Source of the DNA: Octopus vulgaris
Lineage: Eukaryota
Direction of reading: 5' to 3'
DNA length: 64,000 nt
NCBI GenBank assembly: GCA_951406725.2
Contig: OX597815.1
Coordinates: 74,338,001 to 74,402,000 of the forward strand
Positions 12,811 through 25,964 of the stretch are shown here, in pieces; position 1 is the stretch's first letter, and each line of letters begins with the position of its first letter. Under the pieces are notes generated by a model. It had not been told where the DNA came from. It did no database searches and was given only the letters and a program-made list of their open reading frames with translations. The position numbers and the translations under genes were made by a program.

Positions 12811-15800
12811 GATGTATTTATATAGAGAAATAGTTAACTAATTTTGAGTAATCACTGTTTACATCCTCTTGAGATATTTTAAATTTCTGTGGTATAACAA
12901 AAGCAAATGTGTCTGATGCTTTTATAGTTCATACTTCAATTGACACTTTCTTTGTTTAAATAGTTCCTGTCAAGGCACAGTTGATCAGATCTATATTGTT
13001 TATATTACAAATATCCTATTGAGCACTCACTCTGCAGCTACTAATGACACAATCATTAAGATAATTGTCATTTCATTATATCTTAGTATGCTGTGTTTAG
13101 TTGAACTTGGATTTACTACAATTGAGTCAGTACTACTTTGTAAAGAAATGTTTGGTATATATAAAATAGTAGCTTCATGAGCTCTCATCAATGTGGGATT
13201 CAATACTTATCTTGACAACCAAAATTTTGTCATAAATTTGTAGTTTTGTTTCGTTATTTTTTGCTGTTATATAAAATCAGTAAGTTATTGGAAGTAAGCT
13301 TTCCTACTTTACACACACACACACCATCACCACCATCACCATCATCATCATGACTGAATCCACTTAAATTTCTTTATTCTGTTTACTTCTGGTGATGTGC
13401 CTTTATGCCTGAAATATATAAATGTTATTTAACTTTCCCCATTTTGCACTGTTAGAAGTTCTTTGTCTTCACTATTTGTTATTTAACACGTGCACAGACT
13501 TGGTTGTGTGGTTAAAGAGTTTCCTTCTCATCCACATGGTTTCAAGTTCAGTCCTATTGCATTTCACCTTGGACCAGAGTCTTCTAAGCCATAGCCTTGT
13601 GAATGGATTGAAACTAGAAGCCTGTTATGTGTATGTGTTTTGACATTGATGGTTGTAAACAAGCATCACTATCATACAAGTGGTGTTGTGAATTTCCAGC
13701 CTTTCATGTAAAAACTTGTCTGACAATGGGGAAATATTACTTTACTTGGAAACAGATGAGTGCTGGTGACAGGAATGACGTCCAGCTATAGAAAATTTGC
13801 CACATAAAATTCTGTCCGACTCATGGAAGCACGGAAAATGGATATTAAAACAATGTTGATGATAATAATGTTTCACATAACAAAGCATTGAGCTAGAGAT
13901 GGTGAATAGTGAATAATGCATTCCCCTGTCAACAAAACTGTCTGCTAGTTCTGCATTTTTGAAGACGAGTAGAATGAATATTCCCTTATTTGCAAAATGA
14001 GTAAGGGTTAGCTACAGGGAGGATATCTGGCTGTAAAAGCAATACCTCAGTAATATGTACCCATCTGACCCATGCTAACATAGAAAACAAGATGTAAAAA
14101 TGAATGGAAAAGCAGACATATATGAACATCTGCACTCTTGCACATGCACATATGCATTCTCATACATGCATACATGCACATGCATGCATGTACAAATGCT
14201 CTCACACACAAATGTACTCTCATACACACAAATGCACTCTCTCATGCATATACACACACATATGTTGTTCACACATTATTTACACTTTCCAGCACTTAAC
14301 CTTTTAAATGTCTTTCTCTCTACTATATAAGATTGTTCCATAGTTTTCTGTAAAACTCTTCATAGGAAGCTGAGCCTGCCTCTCTCCACCTTCTCCTCTC
14401 CTCTTTCACTTACATTTGTGTTTATCTTCCTCTTACATCTTCAGACCTATTTATTTATGGCTGTATCAGAAAACATTTTGTGTTTTACTTCAAAGACTAG
14501 CTGTGCACCCTACCCAAAAGATTAGAATCCCTAGCTCCACTGCAGCCAGCATAAGAAGGCTTCTATATGAGTGCTCAAGCTGCCAAATATAGCAGCCAAA
14601 TCTTTCCCAAATCTCACTCTGCTGTCTTTAAGAATGAACAATCACATATCACTATCACCATAGATATTATTGTTGTCATTTTCCTAGATACACTTTAAAA
14701 GACAGGGTGGTCTTGGTGGGGAGACTTTTGATTATAAGTCTGCTCAGTCACAGTTGACTTGGCTAGTTAGTGATGACAGTTTGCCAACACATTATTATTA
14801 ATAATAAATCTAATATCAAAGACTTTCTCCCAGTCACTGAAGCCTTCAGTAGACATCTAATGTTTGTTTCTGTCTTGTATTGATTTTTAATTCTTTCTTC
14901 TTTTTTTTTTTTTTAATGGAAGTGCAAGCAAGATTTTGTTTCATTTTTTTCTTAGTGAAAATTTGGACATTTGCGTTTTATTGGAGTTTTATTGCTAAAT
15001 TCTCTTCCTAGTGTAGTAGAAGTAATAGTTAATTATCAGCATTCTTCAAATTGATTACTCTTAGATGAGGACACATTTTGCATTTCAATGTATTATTAAG
15101 TGAAGCTGTACTTCTGTTTATTCAACATTGTCATGAATGTATGCGTGTGCACGCACACACACTCTTGCACACTTGAGGCTCAAGCATTTTATTAAAAAGT
15201 AATGAGGTGTAAGTTGGAATTTTTAAAACATGAATTTTGTATTATTTTCTTCTTTTGTTCTAATTGAAATTTTTATTTGTGACAAAAAAGCAGAAAAGAA
15301 AAAACTTTTGAATGAAACTTAGGTTATTTAATCATCTAATTTTCACTTGAAAATGCCATTAAAAAGAAAAATAAATCCACCACTATCAGTAGCATCATGT
15401 CTATCTTCTTCATAGATGTCATTGTTGTCGACGTTGTTGCTATTGTTGCTATAAATCCTTATGATGGTTATCACTATCACCTTGCTTTTACTGCCATCAT
15501 CATCATATTATAATTATCTTTATTTTTTTTAAATCTGTCATCATACCATTTTTGTGTGAAGTGACATGGGGCCAGGAGTATTTATTTAATAGATGATTGT
15601 GGTCCTTCTCCACCTACTGTTGAACTTTTATTCTTTTATAACTGCTTACTGATGTATTTTATTTACAAAAAAAAAAAAAGGTAAAAAAGCTTCTTGCACC
15701 ATCTTTAATGGCTAGCTACCTTCTTTTTTAGGGTGCTGGTATTGAATTTACCATTTAAATTTGCATTGCATCTCCAGCTGGTTATTATCATTATCTTCTC

Positions 15801-16135
15801 TAATCTTCACCCATCTTTATTTTTCATTGTTAATACCAAATGGTATAATGTTTTTTTTTTCTTTCTGCTATACAGTAGACATCATATGTATGAGAGAACA
15901 TTTCATGTCATCATTTGCCTTTCTTTGTTATTGTCTATAGATCACTCATACTATCACAGAAGGTGTCAAAGGCATTAAGTTCACATTGTAGGTATTAACT
16001 CCTAACCATATAAAGGTAGCTTAGCTTACATGGAATTCATTCAAAGCAATTTTAACATTTTAACAATGAGTTCAACATAACAAAATCCTTTAACTCCTTT
16101 GTTATCATATTTCTGTTGAGACACTCATTCAATTA

Positions 16136-16289
16136 TTGTGTTTACTCATGTATAAGCTGCACTTATTTATGTTATATTCCTAATATAGTGTTAAATCTTG
16201 GTTCAAAATTTTTTCCCTTTATAGTTTTAGCAGTTTTTTCAGTTAAAAGCAAATATAAAATAGTGTGACTTATATGTGAGTAAATATGA
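16136..16289. mobile_element. Old pogo/Tc1-type MITE nested in a degenerate TTAA-type repeat (about 16090-16460)
   Basis: Imperfect TIR TTTACTCATGTATAAGCTGCAC / GTGTGACTTATATGTGAGTAAA, consistent with CpG decay. Confidence 0.45.
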
Positions 16290-16735
16290 TCATTAAAAAA
16301 AAATAATAAAAAATTTACCAAAACAACATTGTCTTTATTAACCTGGTGTTTGAAAAATTAACATAAGATTTTGCTGGGAAATTTTAAGTTTAGATTATTT
16401 TGAAGTTTGTATTGTTGAACCTGGGGCAGTTTATATCATTGAACTAGAGGCAGTTTGGCATCGAAAATATTATTAGTGCTATTAAAATATTAGATTGTGT
16501 TCCCTCCTTTCATAAACATAAGCCTATTATTGTTTGGCTTCAGAAGATGAAACTTCTTTTTCTGAACTTAGTTTGAACTCTCAGATAAGATTAATTGTTT
16601 AGAAACATTCAATACACAATTTGTTTTTAGATAAATATAAAATCTAATTCAAATGAATTGACTTATTTTTGTTATTTAAACCATATTGTATAAAAATGTT
16701 TAATCTTGTTATTCTGGAAACGTAAGAACAGTGGA

Positions 16736-16985
16736 GATGGCAGCTGGGTCAAACATATAGCATTTGGTTTCAATGACAATTGGACATAGCATTTAGTTCC
16801 AGTGGCAACTGGATCAAACGAGTAGCATTTACCTTTCATGTCAGTTGGGTCAACCATGTATCACTTATTTTCTATGGCAGCTGGACCAAACATGTAGCAT
16901 TTACCTGTAATGGCAGCTAGACTAAACAAGTAGCATTTAGATTTGATGGCGGTTGGATTAATAACTTTTAGCATTTTAGCTTTGA
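16736..16985. repeat. Minisatellite, about 7 degenerate 36-bp units
   Basis: Consensus approximately ATGGCAGCTGGACCAAACATGTAGCATTTANNTTN, repeated in tandem. Confidence 0.85.
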
Positions 16986-17989
16986 TGATTCAATATTCCA
17001 AGTTAAAATTTAAGGTTTATATTTTTTCCCTTCTGTCATTCAAATTGATAAAATAAGTACCAGTAATGTACTGTGGAAATTATCCGGGTCAACCATGTAT
17101 CACTCATTTAACTGTAATCAAACCTGTATTTAGCCAAAAAAGATTTGTGTGTGTATATGTGGAAACAGTTAGGCATTATTGTTATAATCATATACATAAA
17201 TTTTGAATACAAAAATTAATTATTACTAAACATTTCTTTCTTCAAACATTGATTTGTAAAATAATCAAGCTTTAGCAATTATCTTTCACCTTGTTAATTG
17301 TGATATTTTGTTAATGGCTCATGGCAAATTTTCTTGTTTTCATTTTTGTGCAAATTTCTAAAAGGATTATACTTCATTGTTCTTTGAAAAAAAAAAAAAA
17401 TCATTAATTTTAATCTTAATATTCTAATAACTGAATTTTTTGTTTGGAAAAAATAATTTCAATCTGTAAGTTTATTATTAGCAGAGTTGTGGTTTTGTGG
17501 TTTTGGAATGAATTTAAATGTAAATTTTATGATAAGCTGCTTCTATATGTGATAATTATTACTTTAACGTAAATTTTCTAATTACCGAGTTGCTTGGAAT
17601 AATTCCAGCTTGAAAATTCATTACTTGATCTGTTGTCTGTAATTATGATTTTAACCTAAAAAATTTAATAACTAAACTGTGTTGCCTGGAATTCAAATTT
17701 TTAACCTAAATAAGATGATGTTTCAAATTAAATTATTTGAAATTATAGTAGCGTTCGTTTTGCTTCTGTATCTATTAGGAAGCTTTGTGTTTCTTTATTA
17801 TTATTAAACAAACTGTGGATGCAAACATACAACTGAAAAAAATTATCAATTTTTGTTGTTGTTAAAACCTCAGATTGTTTCTATTAACACTAGTTTTTGG
17901 CTGATTTAAAAAAAATTTGAATTTGTGATTGTGTCTGTATTGTTTTTTTTTCTTCTTGTTTTGTTCTTATCCTTTGTTTTGGTGTGCAG

Positions 17990-18055
17990 CTGGACTACTG
18001 GTAATGATGAGGCTCCCCTATCACCAAGTACTCAACGTCCAGGGTTCTGGCACAG
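17990..18055 (+). CDS. FAM13-like exon 5, 66 nt (WTTGNDEAPLSPSTQRPGFWH)
   Basis: Long U-rich tract then gtgcag|C, donor AG|gtgatg. Phase 2-2, open frame, SP motif. Confidence 0.78.
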
Positions 18056-18436
18056 GTGATGTCTCTACTAATACTGTTTTCTCTCAGCTATTTTTTTTTT
18101 TACCTTGAAGAAAACCACAGCAATCTCCTTTTTACCAAAGCATGCAGCACCCTATTTTGGGGCCAAAATATTGTTAGCTTTGCTGAAATATTTTCTACCC
18201 TGAAATACATTTCATCCTTGTTCTTCTCTCCTGATTATCTTGTTGGTGCATTTAGACAAAATTAGCTGTCTTCTACATTACAGATATGCTTCAAAATATA
18301 TTCCTTTTTTGACCTTCCCTTTTAATCTTGATGACAACAGTTGTTTTAATAAGCTCTTGTGATATTGCTGATGTTTCTTTATGAAAAAACCCCAACAAAC
18401 TAGAACACAAGTATTAACAAAAGTAGTTGTGTTTAA

Positions 18437-18544
18437 CCTTTAGCACACTGCATTTTCTCTAGAATTGTTTCCTCTGCCACTGACCTGTTACTACAAGGGA
18501 GAAAACTCATATAGTGATGTGATGCACATACAGTGTGCTAAAGG
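18437..18544. mobile_element. 108-bp TTAA-flanked MITE (different family)
   Basis: Perfect 14-bp TIR CCTTTAGCACACTG / CAGTGTGCTAAAGG with TTAA on both sides. Confidence 0.8.
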
Positions 18545-21463
18545 TTAAATAAGTAATAATAGGAATAGTGGTTTTGGGTTCAGTACTACTGTGTGGTGCC
18601 TTGGGTACGTATCTATAGCTTCAGGCTGATAAAAGCTGTATGAATGAGTTTGGTAGATGGAAGCTGAAAGAAGATCATTGTGTGTGTATGTTTGTATCTG
18701 TATGTGCATATGTTAGTGTGTTTTCCTTGATATTATGCAGCTCGTAAATAAATTTTGCCATCATGCAAGCAGTGTCATTCATTTCCAATTTTCTGTGAAA
18801 ATATGTATGGCTAAGTGGTAATATTACCTTGCTTAGAAACAGATGAGTGGCAAAAGGAAGGCATCTACCCATAGAAAATCTGTCACAATGAGTTCTGACT
18901 GACCCATGGAAGCATAGAGAAGTGAACATTATAAAATGATGAAGATGATAATGATAATAAATCAGTCCAGTCCATGTCAACATGAAAGCTAGACATTAAA
19001 TGGTAATGATGTAGTGTATCTGACTTATTTACATCCAGAAAAAAATACAATTTCCTAAGCATGGAAACAGTCCACAGAATGAAATTATTTCATGAAAAGT
19101 GAATCTATGGTATAGGTGCTATAAAATCAGGATTTTGTATTTGAGTAAACAATTCTATTTAATGGTAGCAAGTTCTTCACTTATGTTTGTCATACATAGT
19201 CCTTAAAAGAACGATCGCCAATCTGGGAATGAGAATCCAGGTGTCTAATTTGACATTTAATATGAATTACATGAAAAGTACTATTGTTCATAGTATGTGT
19301 ATTTTACATAGACAGGCGGGGTAGGGGCTTTCCATTGGTTAAACATTGGTGGCATGGAGAGACTTGCATGCTTGAGCAACTGCTAGTCATCCTCAAAAAG
19401 AATCTTATCCAGGCCTGCTCATATGTGTATAGATAATACTGGCAGGCTTGACTGACAGCAGCACCCTCACCTCTTCCAAGGTGGCAGTAGGTGTCTACTG
19501 ATTACAGTCTAAAGAAAAAAGTGTTAAGTTATTGACTGTTAATTGGAACTGCAATTTATTTTGATTTACTAAATAGTAGGTTATGAAAACTATGGAATTA
19601 AGTAGATGATATTTCAGCTTCATACAAACATAAACAGATGTAGCAAAATACATCTTTGACAAAATGGAATTCTGTTCAAAGTAGAAATATATTCTATGAC
19701 ACTATTGTAATATATTTAAAATAATGCCATCTTAATAATAGTTTCAATGGCCACAATGAATAGTGTAGCTTGCATGATAGTCATAGATGTAGATTGAGGA
19801 AGGTATTAGACTTTGAGTCCACTAATGTAAAATATTGTAGTTGTTTGTCTAGTATAAATATTATAGCTGCTTGTCATACCCAGTTAGTTCAGCATCAGAC
19901 TCACTAGAAGCAATTAACTTTATTTTTGTTGTGAGTAAATAGTAAAGAATCTAGATAATTTCATTTGAGTCATTCTCACCAATATAATATAAGTTCAACC
20001 TCCCATTTTATATATGCGTGTTTTATCTTTGATGGTGGTGGGGAAAGCTTCAATGATAGTTCAAAGGTAAGTATGATGGATGAAAGATGTCCCTACACAA
20101 CGAAAAGAGCAATGGATTTGTTATATTCATTTTTAACAGATTGCTTGTAAGCCATAGATTGGTTTGTATATTTCAGTTGACACTGATATTTTGCAATGGT
20201 ATAATGTTGTAGATTGACCCCCGCTGACCAATGATTTGTGAGCAGATTTGGTTGATGGATACTGAAAGAGACGTGTGTGTGTGTTTGTTTGTATTAATGT
20301 CTCCTTGTCTTGATATTGTGGGATGGTTGTAAAATGAGCATCACTGTCATACAAGTTGTGTCAATCATTTCCAATCTTCTGTGCAAAATATGTTTGGCTT
20401 TGGGGAAATGTTACTTCACTTGGAGACCATTGAAGGTTGGTTGGTGATAGGAAACTGAGGGATAGCAACAGGAGAAACATCCTGCTATAGAAAATCTACT
20501 CCAACAAATTGTGTGATCTATGTGAGCATGGAAAGGGGGACATAAAAATAATGATTATTACACACAAACACACACATTTTATGTTATGTTTTCAAACATT
20601 AGATTAGTAGTTTCCAAATGGTTGAAATATACTGTCTTTGTTTCAAGTTTGAAACTGTGTCATTATTAATCTGATGTTTGGAACATAACATGAAATTCTG
20701 GCAGATTTTAATTTAAATCAGTTTAAAGAAGAAATTTACATCAATAGAATCAGAGTTGGTTTTGGGTGTTTTGGTATCAAAATGCTTCAGCATCACTTAA
20801 AAGTGGTAAATATTGAAAATAAGTGAAATTTAAGGCTAAAAATATAGACAAGATTGGGAAAACTGGAAGGTTGGATGCCAAATTTTGAGATATTTATAAA
20901 CACATTTCTGAAAGGACAGAAGAAAATGCATTAGATTTATTTACATTTACACAACTTGTTTTACATACAATCAGGAAGATTTTAATTTACAAAGACACAA
21001 ATTATGACTACACAACTTCAAGAAAAGAAACCAAAAAAAAGAAAAAGTGGATGGAATGAGAAACATAAATACTGGACTATGTGACATTTGGCCTTGTTAG
21101 TATTATTTGTAACCAACAAAATATATCTGAAGCATGGTTATTGCTATTTAATAGCATTATGTTTCATCATATATCAATGCATACTCTTTTCTTTTATATT
21201 ATATTCTCCCACATTATGTTATCTTCCAGATAATAATAACTTGCTCTGCTGAGCCTTGCAATTCATGCTTCTGTATTTGTTCTTGGTTTTCACCTATCAT
21301 TCATATTAATGAAAATATTTTCATTGCCAATTGCTTATTTAATGTTAATGCTACATTGTTCTCTCTGTCTCTGTCTTTCTCTGTACTTTTTAATTCTCTT
21401 CCATGGGGTACAAGGAACTCACAGTGGAATGAATATATATGAAGGATATACAAATTTTATAAC

Positions 21464-21879
21464 AGGTGCCAACCTGGTTGTGAGGTTGCGAAGTTTGCTT
21501 CTCAACCGTACAGCTTTGGGTTAACTCCCACTGCATGGAACCTTGGACTATATTCTATTAATACCTCAGATTGAGAAAAGCCTTGCAAGTGGATTCGGTT
21601 GGTGCAAATTGAAAGAAGCCTGTCATATATATACATACTTGTGTATGTGAGGATGTGTCTCCTTGTTTTGACATTACCTGATAGTTGTAAATGAGTGTCA
21701 CTGTTATACAAGCAGCATTGTTTATTTCTAATATTTTGCGCATTCACATCTGGCCAGCAGGAAATATTATCATGCTTGTAAACAGGTGAGGGTTAGCAGC
21801 AAGAAGGGCATCTGGCTAAAGAAAATCTGTGTTGATAAACTACATCTGAGCCATGCAAGCATGGAAAAATAGATGTTAA
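21464..21879 (+). mobile_element. SINE family 1 head with tail type B, (GAT)n-ending; similar copies near 13493-13865, 18565-18960, 20215-20555, 46395-46760, 48165-48410 (+) and 8628-8965, 42362-42800 (-)
   Basis: Shared head plus tail ...GTCACTGTCATACAAGC...GGAAATATTACCTTGCTTGGAAACAG...AGAAAATCTG...GCAAGCATGGAAAA..GAYRTTAAA..(GAT)n. Confidence 0.8.
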
Positions 21880-22054
21880 CCCTTTAGCATTCTTGTTACT
21901 CTGTCACTCATGCATTATCTCATAGCTTTGAGATTTCAATGATGCGATGGTTTATTTTTAGAATGACATTGTAGGGTAGATGTGACTGGTTGGATCTGGT
22001 TATAAAATGGAAAGGATATTTGGGCCAGATATGGTCGGTTTAAATGCTAAAGGG
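21880..22054. mobile_element. piggyBac-like MITE family 1 (TTAA TSD), inserted at the 3' end of a SINE
   Basis: TTAA-CCCTTTAGCATT...AATGCTAAAGGG-TTAA. Confidence 0.85.
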
Positions 22055-23072
22055 TTAAAATATTATTGATGATAATGATGATGACAATGATCATTACTAT
22101 TTGAAGTGTGTGATTTTGCTTAATATTTAATTCATTATTGATTTGTATTTTGTCCAGCAACATTTTACCAATTTTCTGTACTACTTGCTGCCTTGCTAAA
22201 AGCTTCCCTCTATTCTTCCACTCATTCGTTTTTTGCAGAATGTTTTGTTTGTTGAATTGGATGATTTCTCTGTTTGCATCATGGTTTTTTATTTAGATAT
22301 GATGACATGTACTGCTACAGAAACCTAAAATTTCTATACTTTATCTTTCAATACTAAATGATTTTTTCAGTTCCATTTCAAACATTTTTTTTTTAATTTG
22401 AAGAAAAGAACCCAAATTTGGGAAGGGAAAATGCAGTGCAATAATAAGTTAATTATATGGATGTCTACTATCCACCCCCAATGAACCATTGAGTAAAGCT
22501 GGTGAGATGTTGGGCAAAATACACAGAGATATCAATAAATGAAATAAATGTTGTTGTTTGTGGAAGGTGAGGTAGTTAGACTAGCATTAAAATTTAGTTT
22601 GATATTTCTGATTTCTGAGTTCAAATCGTGTCAAAATCACTTTTATTTTTTACTCATCCAAGAATTATAAAAATCATTTGTACTCTAAAGTTATGCCATT
22701 CCCTAAACTGGGTTTCATGTACCTGAAATGTTGCAGGTAAACCTGGGCAGCAGTGATGGAAGAGGATCTGCTGTGATTAACCCTCACTGCACTGATTAAA
22801 TTTTTGCTGGAGATGTAACATGCTAATCATATGCAATTCAAGTTCTTGCAGCCTCTTTCCATTGGCCAGTAAAAATAAAATGCGAGTACTACATCATATG
22901 AACTGTGGAGGATTCCAGAAAGTACTCAACTATTAAAAGTGAATTAACTCCGTTCCTGTGTCTGGAACCAAGTACTCAGTTCCTGCACATTAAGGGTTAA
23001 AGTGAAATGGGTTGAGTGTGACCTGTTACATACTGTGGGTGAACTTCGGGTTGAGAAATAAACTGAGTTTAA

Positions 23073-23286
23073 CCCTTTATCATTCAGATTACTCTGTGAA
23101 AAGTAATACTTATTTCTTGACATCGTTTTGAATATCCAGCATTATCTTGAAGCTTTGGGATTTTATTGATGATGTGCTTTTTAGAATGATATTGCAAGAT
23201 AGGTGTGAGAGACCAGATCTGGCCTGTTTGAACATAAAAGAGGTAGAACATTTTGTGCAGATATAGCATGTTTAAATGCTACAGGG
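23073..23286. mobile_element. piggyBac-like MITE family 1
   Basis: TTAA-CCCTTTATCATT...AATGCTACAGGG-TTAA; internal sequence shared with 21880-22054. Confidence 0.82.
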
Positions 23287-23538
23287 TTAAGTGAATTGAG
23301 AAAAGTAATTGATTAAACTTGTAAGGGCTGATGATGAAATACTTGTCACTAAAACGGAACTGAGATAAGTGGTAAAGAAATAGCAAAAGAAAATTGAATT
23401 TGAGAATACCAAGTTATATATATGAAATGATATGATGTTAACACCTATGATAATTATGATGACAAATTGATGGTGACAATGATTATGATGATGATGATAT
23501 CTTCTTCTTTGGCTCAAAAATTTATATGGAGATATATA

Positions 23539-24934
23539 TCAGGTCATCCCATAAGTTCTGTCCGAATTTTGAATAAAGAAAACAAGTGATCAAATGTTAT
23601 ATTTAATTGAAATTTAATCATCAATCTACTTTCCCTGATTATGTATGACTTCCTTCCATCTATTTACAAGCTTTTTAATCCCATCAATGTAAAACTCTTT
23701 TGGTTTCAAAGCAAAGAACTCTGAAATGTCAGTTTCGACCTGCTCCTGGCTTGCAAAAGTTATGTCCCCCAAATGATTCTGTAAACAACGAAACAAATGG
23801 TAATCTGAAGGAGCAAGGTTGGCAGAATAAGATGGATAAGGATTTTTTTCCGAACCAAGCTCTTCAATTTTCTGTGATGTGATCTTTGCAGTGTGGGGTC
23901 GTGCATTGTCCTGATGAAGCATCACTCCTTTTCGACTCACTAAAGCAGATACAGTTCTATATTTAAGGCATGAGGAATTATGTATATTATCTACATTCGA
24001 TGGATATCTTGTTTGTTGTTAACACTACAAGATGAAGACAAATATCTGTCGAATGTAAATAATGTTCTCTAAAGCTGGTCTCTTTTTCTTCAAAGCTTGG
24101 TTCAAACACTCTAATTGCTGACAGTAGACTTGAGCATTGATTATTGCATTAGGTGGTAACAATTCAAAGTGAATTAATCCTTTGCAATCCCACCAGATAG
24201 AGAGAAGAACCTTTTTCCCATGAAGTCCCCTCTCGGTTGTGGTTGAGCTTTTTCCCTTTTACCAAGCCACTGTTTACAACGTTTAACATTTCGATAGAAG
24301 ATCCATTTTTCATCACCAGTCACAAGTCTATCCAAAAAGTGTGAAATGAGTTCGTGAGAATGGGGAGAAGAGCAGATGTCAACTCAGGATTTGCAGTTGC
24401 TTTCGGACAGTTCATGAGGCACCCATTTTCCAAGTTTAGGAACCTTTCCAAGTTGTTGAAGATGTTGATGAACAGTTGTATGGTTTGAACTAAGCATTAT
24501 TGCCAATTCTTCAACTGATAATGCAGGATTTTCTTCAAGTAATGCCTCAAGGAGCTTATCAAACTCAACTGGACATCCTGTTCGATCTTCATCTTCAAGG
24601 CTGAAACCTCCACTTCTGAATTTTGCAAACCATCTTCTGCATGTTCTTTCATTCAAGCATTCTTTCCCATAAACTGAGTGTATGCTTCAAGTTGCTTTGG
24701 CTGAAGAGTTTCCTTTTTTGTACTCAGAAAGCATTATGTGCCTTTGGATACTTCCAAAGGGTTTTAATCAAAGAAATTTTAATTCTATTATTCTGTAAAA
24801 TAATATTTAATTAATTTAAATGTACACAAATGCATAAAAATAATTTTAAATTCCATTCGACATTCTAAAATACTATTAAATTTCATTCAATTTTGAAAAA
24901 GGTAAAATCAGACAGAACTTTGGGGATGACCTGA
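23539..24934 (-). mobile_element. Near full-length inactive mariner (DD34D) transposon
   Basis: About 28-bp TIRs TCAGGTCATCCCATAAGTTCTGTCCGA and TCAGGTCATCCCCAAAGTTCTGTCTGA with TA flanks. Minus-strand transposase motifs WVPHELS, TGDEKW, IWWD, HQDNARPHTA, YSANLAPSDYHLF, broken by frameshifts and a 122-bp insertion. Confidence 0.96.
23947..24068. mobile_element. Short fold-back insertion inside the mariner, related to the hammerhead-bearing element at 48.6 kb
   Basis: 7-bp duplication CTAAAGC at 23940-23946 and 24069-24075. Shares ACAAGATGARGACAAATATC..TC.AATGTAAATA with 48725-48760. Confidence 0.8.
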
Positions 24935-24939
24935 TATAG

Positions 24940-24970
<31 letters not shown>

Positions 24971-24982
24971 CATACACACACA

Positions 24983-25047
<65 letters not shown>
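24935..25047. repeat. Compound (TA)n(CA)n microsatellite; others near 1478-1518, 8845-8921, 27510-27537, 31152-31191, 38270-38338, 41388-41466, 49365-49430, 57398-57455
   Basis: Direct inspection. Confidence 0.95.
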
Positions 25048-25049
<2 letters not shown>

Positions 25050-25932
25050 TAAAATCTAGAAAATGGAGAAGTAGCATTAATATAATTGATTAACAGCAAA
25101 AATTTAACATGTTCACTTACAGCTGTTTTGATTTTATCCAAATGAATTAAATTCCAGTAATTAGAACATTTTATTGGGTAAAATCTTGTCAGAGGAGTAA
25201 AAATGACATATTGTTAAGTTATTACATGTATTTCTTCCAAAACATCTCAACAGAGATATATACACACACACAAACATACACACAAATACACAATAAAGAA
25301 AACATTGCAAAAAACACATTCATACAATGCACAAACACACCCACACATACACAGCTGGTGACCACACACTCAGGTGGAGACACTCAAAAGAATACATCTA
25401 ACCCAAAGGAAAATCCTAATTCTTTATTCATCACAACATACTCACCCATGGACACACAGCTGGTCTCATTCCAAACATTGAAAGGACATTCAACACAACA
25501 CTCACACACACATGCACACATAAAACCCATTCAGTAAATGCTTTTAGGCCACCCCTTTGGCAGGAGCCCACATAAGTTTCTTTTAGACAATAGACAACTA
25601 CACTCCCGCTCTTACCCTCAAACGCTTTGAACTCTATACCAAACTATAAAGAAGACTTCAGTGAAAAATCTCTAGACACGTCTTGACCCCCAAACAGAAG
25701 ATAAACTGTTTTTACTTCAAATTTTTATAGATTTTTACTGATATTTGATAAGGCGACATTCATCATCAAAACTCGTAATATTTTCTTAATATATTTTTTA
25801 AAATCATTTTTATGAAATTCCTTCTTAAATGGAAATGTCTTAGATTTACTTCTGTGTTATTTCCACATCCATCTTTTATATGTAAAAATTTGATTTGTAT
25901 AGACCTCTAATCTTTTTTCAACTATATATATA

Positions 25933-25964
<32 letters not shown>

